Shown here: positions 8,071 through 14,481 of the stretch, in pieces
Layout of the letters: each line of letters begins with the position of its first letter
Position numbering within the stretch: the stretch's first letter is position 1
Source of the DNA: Acidobacteriota bacterium
GTDB lineage: Bacteria; Acidobacteriota; UBA4820; DSQY01
NCBI GenBank assembly: GCA_021833665.1
Contig: JAKBES010000005.1
Span: 1 to 24,000, forward strand
DNA: 24,000 nucleotides
Reading direction: 5' to 3'
Made by a program: the position numbers and the translations under genes
Notes under the pieces: model-generated
The model's database searches: none
What the model was told of the DNA's origin: nothing
The model's input: the letters and a program-made list of their open reading frames with translations, nothing else

Positions 8071-8136
8071 AGCTCTAGCGGTACCAGCGCATGCGCGCTG
8101 GCGAAAAAGGTACGGGTTCAGAAAGGAGCGGAGGAA

Positions 8137-8736
8137 ATGAGGAAACTTTACGCTGGTCTGTTGGTTCTTGCCCTGATCGCCCTGGTCGCTTGCGCCAAGC
8201 CGCCGCAGCAGCAGATTGATGCCGCCAAGGCCGCCCTGGCCGCCGCAAAGGCTGCCCAGGCTGACGTTTATGCTCCCGATTCCCTCAAGGCCGCGCAGGA
8301 CAAGGACGCTGCCCTGGACGCCGAGCTGGCCACCCAGCAGAGCAAGTTCTTCAAGAGCTACAAGGTCGCTACCCAGATGACGACCGATCTCCAGCAGCTC
8401 GCGGACAAGGCCAAGGCCGACGCGGTTGCCGGCAAGGAAAAGGCCAAGGCTGACGCCGAAGCCGCCATCACCGCCGCCGACACGGCCGTGAACACCGCTC
8501 GCGAGGACCTCAAGAAGGCCCCCAAGGGTAAGGGCTCCACCGCCGACATCGCCGCCATGACGGGCGATGTGGACACTGCTGCCAAGGCCGTGGAAGATGC
8601 CAAGGCTGACGCCACCGCCGAGAAGTACTTCGACGCCAAGACCAAGGCCGAGAGCGCCAAGGCCCAGGCCGAGAAGGTGTCCGCCGACATCGCCGCCGCC
8701 ATCGAAATGAAGAAGGGTGGCAAGAAGGCGAAGTAA
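8137..8736 (+). CDS. Ala/Lys-rich helical lipoprotein (DUF4398-like), C-terminal Lys
   Basis: AAGGAG lies 8 nt upstream of the ATG. The signal peptide ends in the lipobox LVA|C (Cys19). The mature ~180 aa are dominated by A/K/D/E/T/Q, with YAPDSLKAAQ-type helical repeats, and end ...EMKKGGKKAK. The ORF-track start at 7978 would bury the signal peptide. Confidence 0.85.
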   Translation: MRKLYAGLLVLALIALVACAKPPQQQIDAAKAALAAAKAAQADVYAPDSLKAAQDKDAALDAELATQQSKFFKSYKVATQMTTDLQQLADKAKADAVAGKEKAKADAEAAITAADTAVNTAREDLKKAPKGKGSTADIAAMTGDVDTAAKAVEDAKADATAEKYFDAKTKAESAKAQAEKVSADIAAAIEMKKGGKKAK

Positions 8737-8767
8737 GCCTTCCGCGGATGTACGAATCACCGAAAGA

Positions 8768-8793
8768 GGGGCGGCTTTGCCGCCCCTTTTTTT
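8768..8793 (+). terminator. strong intrinsic terminator after the lipoprotein gene
   Basis: GGGGCGGC-TTT-GCCGCCCC followed by TTTTTTT (8787-8793). Confidence 0.85.
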
Positions 8794-8800
8794 CTCGTGG

Positions 8801-9976
8801 ATGAGACAAGCCAGCATGCGCAAACTCTTCAAGATCATCCTCAAGGTTCTTGTCACCGGCCTGATGGTCGCCCTATGCTGGGCCGGCCTTTTGGCCCTGT
8901 CCTTGTACCTCGATGGGAGCCAAATCCCGCCTGTGGACCCTACGGGCCTGGGAGCGGAGCGAATCTTGGCGTCGGTCCACAGGGCGGGCGGCAAGATTCT
9001 CGCCCCCAAAAGGTTCGGAGCCTGTGAGGACAGCCTGAGGCGGGCCAGAATCGAGATGAACCTTCAGCTTGCAGGGCTGTGGGGAACGAGGAATTTCAGC
9101 CGCCCTACCCGGCTGATGGACGAGGCCCAGCGGGACACGGTCCGGCTATGGCGGGACGTCAGCGCGCACCGCACCGCCACCAAGGCCTCCGCGGAAAGGG
9201 CCATCTCCGCCGCATCGACCGATCTGAGCCAAGCCGAAGCCGTGACGGCCGTGAGCGCCCAGGAGCCTTACGTCCACGCCAGACTCGCGGCGGCGTCCAT
9301 CAACCTCCAGCGGTCTCGTGCCTACCACAAGGATGGACGCTACGACCAGGCGCTCTCCTGCGCCCTGGATTCGATCCGCGACAGCGGCCTCGCCCATCGC
9401 CGCTCCAGCATCGCCCTTGCCCGATACGACGATCCCGGGCACCTGCGAGCCTGGCATAGCTGGATCCGGCAAGCCATAGAGATCTCCCGGCAGACCGGGG
9501 GCGTCAGCTTCGTGGTGATCAAGGAGCGGCATCGCCTGGAGGTTTACCGGGCCGGGAAGCTCGTCAAGTCGGTCCCCGTAGATTTGGGCGCCAATTCCAT
9601 CAACCAGAAGCTCCACGCCGGCGATCGCACCACGCCGGAAGGGCTCTACCACATCACCAAGAAGAAAAGCTACGGGCAGAGCAAGTTCGGCATGGCACTC
9701 CTGTTGGACTACCCCAACGCGGAGGACCGGCGCAGGTTTCAAGCCGCCAAGGCCCGAGGGGAGCTGACCCGGCGCACGGCCATCGGCGGCCTCATCGAAA
9801 TCCACGGCGAAGGAGGGAAGGGCTACGATTGGACCGACGGGTGCATCGCCCCTGATAACCGCGCCATGGAGACCTTGTTCAAGGAAGCGTCTGTCGGTAC
9901 CATGGTGGCTATCGTGGGCAGCGACGGCGGGGATGGCCCCGTCCGTTCCGCCCTCAGGCGAGCGGGGAGAAGCTGA
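8801..9976 (+). CDS. membrane-anchored L,D-transpeptidase-fold protein, YafK-like catalytic domain
   Basis: N-terminal TM helix (ILKVLVTGLMVALCWAGLLALSLYL) and a helical region with DUF4398-like segments. The C-terminal domain has VVIKERHRLEVYRAGKLV...TPEGLYHI...LLDYPNAEDR...IEIHGEGG...TDGCIAPDN. The start is 8801 or 8816 and no clear SD is present. Confidence 0.8.
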   Translation: MRQASMRKLFKIILKVLVTGLMVALCWAGLLALSLYLDGSQIPPVDPTGLGAERILASVHRAGGKILAPKRFGACEDSLRRARIEMNLQLAGLWGTRNFSRPTRLMDEAQRDTVRLWRDVSAHRTATKASAERAISAASTDLSQAEAVTAVSAQEPYVHARLAAASINLQRSRAYHKDGRYDQALSCALDSIRDSGLAHRRSSIALARYDDPGHLRAWHSWIRQAIEISRQTGGVSFVVIKERHRLEVYRAGKLVKSVPVDLGANSINQKLHAGDRTTPEGLYHITKKKSYGQSKFGMALLLDYPNAEDRRRFQAAKARGELTRRTAIGGLIEIHGEGGKGYDWTDGCIAPDNRAMETLFKEASVGTMVAIVGSDGGDGPVRSALRRAGRS

Positions 9977-10722
9977 TGGACTTCCTGGATTCCGCCCCGA
10001 GTTCCTCCGGAGGACCTTCACTCGGCGTTGACAGGCCCGAGAAACGCAGAGCGTGGATCTTCCGCGCCGCGGGGCTCACGCTCCTCCTGGGCACGATGGG
10101 ATTGATGGCTCTGGCCGGCCTCTTTTACCTCTCCACGGGCTACGGCCTTCGCAAGCTGACCCCGGCTTACGTGAGCGATCACCTTATCCAAGGCCCCCTC
10201 CTGCTCACGGACGACAAGGGAGACCCGTTGCCGCCCCCAGACCCGAAGGCCCTGGCCAAGCTAGCTCCCAAAGGGGGCGTCTACATCGTCATCGACCGGG
10301 TCCACAACCGCCTCCACCTCTTCGAAGACGGGAAAAACATCCTGACCGCCGTCATTTCCGCTGGAGCCGGCTCGATCCTGGATGACCCGTCGGGCAAGCG
10401 GAAATGGGTCTTCGACACGCCCACGGGCCGTTTCTTCGTCAAATCCAAGAGGGAAAACCCCACATGGACGGCCCCCGATTGGGATTACATCGAATCGGGT
10501 GAACCCATGCCACGAAACTACGCGGACCGTGTCCAGGAAGGGATGCTCGGCGAGTACGCCCTTGATCTCGGCGGCGGCCCCTCGGGCTATATGATCCACG
10601 GGACCCTCTACACCCGTCTCCTGGGACGGAACGTGAGCCATGGCTGCATCCGCGTGGGGCGGGACGACCTGAGGATTATTTGGAAGAAGGCGCCGGTGGG
10701 CACACCGGTGTTCATGTACTGA
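9976..10722 (+). CDS. L,D-transpeptidase (YkuD domain), N-terminal membrane anchor
   Basis: TM helix LLLGTMGLMALAGLFYL. The YkuD domain has VYIVIDRVHNRLHLFEDGK...PTGRFFV...GYMIHGT...SHGCIRVGRDDL. The start overlaps the upstream stop (TGATG). Confidence 0.9.
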   Translation: MDFLDSAPSSSGGPSLGVDRPEKRRAWIFRAAGLTLLLGTMGLMALAGLFYLSTGYGLRKLTPAYVSDHLIQGPLLLTDDKGDPLPPPDPKALAKLAPKGGVYIVIDRVHNRLHLFEDGKNILTAVISAGAGSILDDPSGKRKWVFDTPTGRFFVKSKRENPTWTAPDWDYIESGEPMPRNYADRVQEGMLGEYALDLGGGPSGYMIHGTLYTRLLGRNVSHGCIRVGRDDLRIIWKKAPVGTPVFMY

Positions 10723-10723
10723 C

Positions 10724-11413
10724 ATGAAAAAGCTGATGATGATCGTGTTGCTGGCGGCCCTCTCGCTCCTGGCCCTGGCGGGCAAACCCAAAGCCAAGCC
10801 GCAGCCGGCTCCAGTGCCGCCACCCCCCCCGGCGCCGGGCGAACGGCTGGCCGATGAGCGGGGGCGCCTTGCCCTTTCAAACCAGTTCTACCTGGAGCTG
10901 GCCGTGGGGGCCCGGGAAATCCGCATCTGCCATTCCGGCGTCGCCGTAGCCACGTACAAGCTCGATTCCTTGGCCCTCGCCTACCCCCGGGTCTTCTGGG
11001 TGGCCCGCCAGCATTCCGGGCCGTGGATTGACGACGTATGGTTCAACGCCCACCTCGATCCGCCCAAGGTCGTTCAGCGGGTCAGAATCATCCCCGGCGA
11101 CGCCTCCACCATTCCCACACCCGACAAAGCCGACGTCATCCCTCCCACGCTCGAAGAACTCACCCCCGTGCCTCCCGTCTTCGTGATCCGATGCGACGGG
11201 GGCCGCGCCATTCACCTCCACCTCGAGGGAATCGTCCCCGGAGCGGTCATGAAAGTCACGGACCCTCACAGCCGCTGGCACGACTTTCTGGCGGCCCTGA
11301 CCTTCCGCCAGAGGGACGCGTTGCGGCTCACCGCGACCATCCCTTCGGCCGAAGGCGCCGCCCTCTTCAGGTCCTTCCCGGACGGAAATCTCGATCTGCT
11401 GGTCCTGCCCTGA
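10724..11413 (+). CDS. secreted hypothetical protein with a Pro-rich linker; possible degenerate YkuD-like fold
   Basis: Signal peptide MKKLMMIVLLAALSLLALA followed by KPKAKPQPAPVPPPPPAP. The start is 1 nt after the upstream stop. GC3-rich codon usage matches the neighbouring genes. Confidence 0.7.
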   Translation: MKKLMMIVLLAALSLLALAGKPKAKPQPAPVPPPPPAPGERLADERGRLALSNQFYLELAVGAREIRICHSGVAVATYKLDSLALAYPRVFWVARQHSGPWIDDVWFNAHLDPPKVVQRVRIIPGDASTIPTPDKADVIPPTLEELTPVPPVFVIRCDGGRAIHLHLEGIVPGAVMKVTDPHSRWHDFLAALTFRQRDALRLTATIPSAEGAALFRSFPDGNLDLLVLP

Positions 11414-11461
11414 GCCGGTAGAATCCGCCGGGTGAGATGCCGCAAAACTAGACGCAATAAC

Positions 11462-11488
11462 GAGGCGGGCCCGCCACGGGCCCGCCTC
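11462..11488. terminator. GC-rich hairpin between convergent operons (possible bidirectional terminator)
   Basis: GAGGCGGGCC(C)-GCCAC-(G)GGCCCGCCTC, a 10-11 bp stem. Only short T-runs flank it on either strand. Confidence 0.5.
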
Positions 11489-11506
11489 CGCAGTTTTCGG
11501 GCCCCC

Positions 11507-12520
11507 TCAATACCCCGGCGTGGACCCGTCCACCTTGCCCATGAAGACCGAGTAGATGTAGACCGTGTACCCCAGCACCAGAGGAACGCCGATGAGCGCC
11601 AGGATGAGCATGGTCTGGAGGGTCAGGGGCGACGAAGATGCATTGAAGGCCGTGAGGCTGTAGTCCAGGTTCGTGCTGGAGGGTGCCAGCATGGGATAGG
11701 CGGAGAGGGCCAAGGTCGAGGTGAGTCCGGCAATAGCAAGGGAGGACGACGCAAAGGCCCATCCGAACCTGCGCCCTTTCAGAAATACCGGGAGCGCCAC
11801 CATCGCCGCCACGAAGAGCGTGATGGTCACCCAGTGCCAGCCGACTGAATAGTAACGGTGGTACAGGTGCGGGGACACCCCCAGCGTCCAAAAGGCCGCC
11901 ACCAGGTACAGCACCGCGAAGGCCGCCCACAGCCGCATGGCCCAGCCTGAGACCCGCGCTCGCAGACCTCCGGCCGTGCGCAGCGCGAGGTACGTGGCCC
12001 CCTGGAGGGTGAACATGGCCAAGCTCACGATCCCCATGAACACCGAGTAGGGATTGAGCAGCCCCAGGAAGGATCCCGTGAAGGTGCCCGTCTCGTCGAT
12101 GGGAATGCCCCTCATGAGGTTGCCCACGGCCACTCCGAATAGGATGGAGGCGAGGAAGCTCCCCAGGAAGAAGAATTTGTCCCAGAGCGCCTTGAGGGAG
12201 GGCGACTCCACCTTGCTTCTGAACTCCACGCCCACGGCCCGCATGATGAGGGCCACCAGCACCAGCATCATGGCCAGGTAGAACCCCGAAAAGACCGTGG
12301 CGTACACGGGAGGAAAGGCCGCGAACAGGGCGCCCCCGCCCGTGAGCAGCCACACTTCGTTCCCGTCCCAAACCGGGCCGATAGACTTGATGAAAAGGCG
12401 CCGCTCCTCCTCGCCCCTGGCAAAAAGGTGCAAGTTGCCCACCCCCAGGTCGAAGCCGTCGAGGATGGCGTAAATGGTCATGAGAACGGCGATCAGCAGG
12501 AACCAGATGGTGTTGAGCAT
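11507..12520 (-). CDS. cydB: cytochrome bd-type quinol oxidase subunit II
   Basis: MLNTIWFLLIAVLMTIYAILDGFDLGVG is the characteristic CydB N-terminus. Polytopic membrane protein lying 3 nt after cydA. Confidence 0.93.
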   Translation of the reverse strand: MLNTIWFLLIAVLMTIYAILDGFDLGVGNLHLFARGEEERRLFIKSIGPVWDGNEVWLLTGGGALFAAFPPVYATVFSGFYLAMMLVLVALIMRAVGVEFRSKVESPSLKALWDKFFFLGSFLASILFGVAVGNLMRGIPIDETGTFTGSFLGLLNPYSVFMGIVSLAMFTLQGATYLALRTAGGLRARVSGWAMRLWAAFAVLYLVAAFWTLGVSPHLYHRYYSVGWHWVTITLFVAAMVALPVFLKGRRFGWAFASSSLAIAGLTSTLALSAYPMLAPSSTNLDYSLTAFNASSSPLTLQTMLILALIGVPLVLGYTVYIYSVFMGKVDGSTPGY

Positions 12521-12523
12521 GGG

Positions 12524-13849
12524 CTACCCCCTCTTCCTGCTTGCTTCGGCCTCCGGGCCCGCCAGGACGTGCTTCCGGACGGCGTAGAAGCCCAGGGCGA
12601 AGAGCCCGGCGAAGATGAGCGTGAACAGGATGATGGAGAACAGAATCTGCCCCGCGGGAACCGTGGGCGAATAGGCGTCCGCCGTACGCAGAAGGTGATA
12701 GACGGCCCAGGGCTGGCGGCCGATCTCGGCGGTGAACCACCCGATCTCGTTGAGGGCGAAGGGCACCGGAATGAGCCAGAACAGGGCCTTGAGAAAGCGC
12801 CTGCTGTCGTAGAGTCTGCCTCGCTTCAACAACAAGGCTCCGTACAACATCACGAACATACACATGAACCCGGGCCATACCATGGCGTGGAAGGACATGG
12901 CCGTGAAGGTCACGGGAGGAAGATCCTGGGGCGGGAAGGCGTCAAGTCCCTTGACCTGGGCGTTAGGGTCGAAGTAGACCATGAGGCTTAAAAGCTTCGG
13001 GATTCCAAGATCGGGGAGTGGGTAGCCCAGCAAAAGGAGGGGGGCGCCGCTCTGGGTCTTGAAAAGGGCTTCCATGGCGGCGAACTTCTCGGGTTGGGTG
13101 TGGGCCACCTGCCGGGTGTGCCAGTCCCCCGCCATCGCCGAACCCAGGGTCGCGATGACCCCGGCCACGATGCCGATGGCCAGCGATCTCCTTGCAAAAT
13201 CCACGTGCCGGCCCTTCAGCAGGTACCATGCGCTGATCCCCGCCACCACGAACGCCGCCGTCACCAGGGCGCCCGAAACGGCGTGAAAGAACCTGGGAAG
13301 CGTGGAGGGATTGAAGACCGCCGCCGCGAAGCTCGTGAGTTCGGCCCGGACCACCTTGCCTGCCCCGTCCGTGACGAGCTTGTATCCCGCCGGTGTCTGT
13401 TGCCAGGAATTGGCCACGATGATCCAGAAGGCCGAGAGCACGGACCCGAGGGCCACCATGAGAGCCGAGAAGAAGTGCACCCGTTTGGAGACGCGGTTCC
13501 AACCGAAGACCAGGACAGCCAGGAAACTGCTTTCCAGGAAAAAGGAGAAAATCGCTTCGGCCGCCAGCGGCGCGCCGAAAATGTCTCCCACGTATTTCGA
13601 ATACGTGGACCAGTTCGTGCCGAACTCGAACTCCATGATGATGCCCGTGGCCACGCCGATGGCAAAATTGATGGCGAACAGCTTGGTCCAAAACCGCATC
13701 ATCTGGTCGTAGATGGGTTCCGCGCGTCTCAGGCGCAGCCAAGCCAGGACCACGAGGATCCAGGCCAGCCCGATGGTGAGCGGCGGGAACAGGTAGTGAA
13801 ATCCCGCCGTCAGTCCGAACTGAACGCGCGACAACGTCATCGCATCCAT
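12524..13849 (-). CDS. cydA: cytochrome bd-type quinol oxidase subunit I
   Basis: LSRVQFGLTAGFHYLFPPLTIGL...GDWHTRQVAHTQPEKFAAMEALF...EIGRQPW are typical CydA motifs. The ATG at 13849 lies 5 nt after GGGAGG; the ORF-track start at 13855 is a GTG inside the SD. At 441 aa it is the short Q-loop size class. Confidence 0.93.
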   Translation of the reverse strand: MDAMTLSRVQFGLTAGFHYLFPPLTIGLAWILVVLAWLRLRRAEPIYDQMMRFWTKLFAINFAIGVATGIIMEFEFGTNWSTYSKYVGDIFGAPLAAEAIFSFFLESSFLAVLVFGWNRVSKRVHFFSALMVALGSVLSAFWIIVANSWQQTPAGYKLVTDGAGKVVRAELTSFAAAVFNPSTLPRFFHAVSGALVTAAFVVAGISAWYLLKGRHVDFARRSLAIGIVAGVIATLGSAMAGDWHTRQVAHTQPEKFAAMEALFKTQSGAPLLLLGYPLPDLGIPKLLSLMVYFDPNAQVKGLDAFPPQDLPPVTFTAMSFHAMVWPGFMCMFVMLYGALLLKRGRLYDSRRFLKALFWLIPVPFALNEIGWFTAEIGRQPWAVYHLLRTADAYSPTVPAGQILFSIILFTLIFAGLFALGFYAVRKHVLAGPEAEASRKRG

Positions 13850-13939
13850 GCACACCTCCCCTCAGAATCTTGACCCATGACCACTCTCATCTTAATGGCT
13901 CCCTCCGCTGGGGCGCAAGGGTGAGCGCCTCACTGCCGG

Positions 13940-14368
13940 CTATGGGACGGATTGCGGATCGCGAATCTCCCTGGCCAAGTCACCGAAGGTGACTCCCGTA
14001 AGGAAAGCGGCCAGGTGCTGCGTGGCTCCAACCCAGGCCTGCTGAACCGGACACGTTACCGCGAGGGGGCAGACCGCCGGCGAAGCCACGCAGACGTTGA
14101 GGGACAGGGGTCCCTCGAAGGCCTCCACCACCTCCCGGAGAGTGATCTGCGCGGCGGGGCGGGCCAAAGCTATGCCTCCCCCGCTGCCCCGCACCGTGGC
14201 CAGGACACCCACTGCCGATAAGCGGCTCACGATGCGCCTGATGAACGCCGATGGAATCAGCCTTCTGGAGGCGATGTCCGCCGCCGTCACGCGGGCACCC
14301 GGCTCAAGGCAGGCCAGGTGAAGCACGATGCGCGAGGCGTAATCGGTGTTGCGGCCTATGGTGAACAC
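13940..14368 (-). CDS. Rrf2-family transcriptional regulator with a three-cysteine cluster motif
   Basis: The N-terminus TDYASRIVLHLA...ITAADIASRRLIPSAFIRRIVSRLSAVGVLATVRGSGGGIALA is an Rrf2 winged HTH. C-x6-C-x5-C (NVCVASPAVCPLAVTCP) sits at the position of the Fe-S ligands of IscR/NsrR. GTG start after GGGAGGGG. Confidence 0.9.
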   Translation of the reverse strand: MFTIGRNTDYASRIVLHLACLEPGARVTAADIASRRLIPSAFIRRIVSRLSAVGVLATVRGSGGGIALARPAAQITLREVVEAFEGPLSLNVCVASPAVCPLAVTCPVQQAWVGATQHLAAFLTGVTFGDLAREIRDPQSVP

Positions 14369-14401
14369 GCCCCTCCCTTCGTAATGTTACCAGAATAGTA
14401 A

Positions 14402-14421
14402 TCTTTCTCTAAAGAGAAAGA
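14402..14421. promoter_or_regulatory. perfect 9-bp inverted repeat in the AT-rich region upstream of the Rrf2 gene (operator candidate or weak glyS terminator)
   Basis: TCTTTCTCT-AA-AGAGAAAGA, 34-53 nt upstream of the Rrf2 GTG and 61 nt downstream of the glyS stop. On the minus strand it is flanked by TTGACC and TACTAT/TAACAT promoter-like hexamers. Confidence 0.4.
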
Positions 14422-14481
14422 AGGTCAAGGGCCAGTTGCCAGGCGTTCGCGCCATTGGGGTATTTGGCCCTTTTCCCCTGA

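Noticed and set aside
7978-8136. In-frame upstream extension of the lipoprotein ORF (also 2412-2462 for HIT, 8717-8800 for Ldt1, 23687-23857 for ctaB)
   Set aside because: The extensions would bury the signal peptide or TM anchor, cross a terminator, or overlap a neighbouring gene. Internal starts with good SD spacing give family-typical lengths.
8023-9009. 328-aa ORF antisense to the lipoprotein gene
   Set aside because: It is the mirror image of an Ala/Lys-rich repetitive gene, giving a G/L-rich low-complexity product. It would also run through the terminator hairpin.
11414-11506. Small cydX-like ORF downstream of cydB
   Set aside because: The 93-nt gap is occupied by the GC-rich hairpin and has no start codon plus hydrophobic mini-ORF in the right orientation.
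11448-12878. 476-aa ORF in an alternative minus-strand frame over cydB/cydA
   Set aside because: It is an out-of-frame overlap with two confident cyd genes. The translation is Arg/Gly/Pro/His-rich with no membrane helices.
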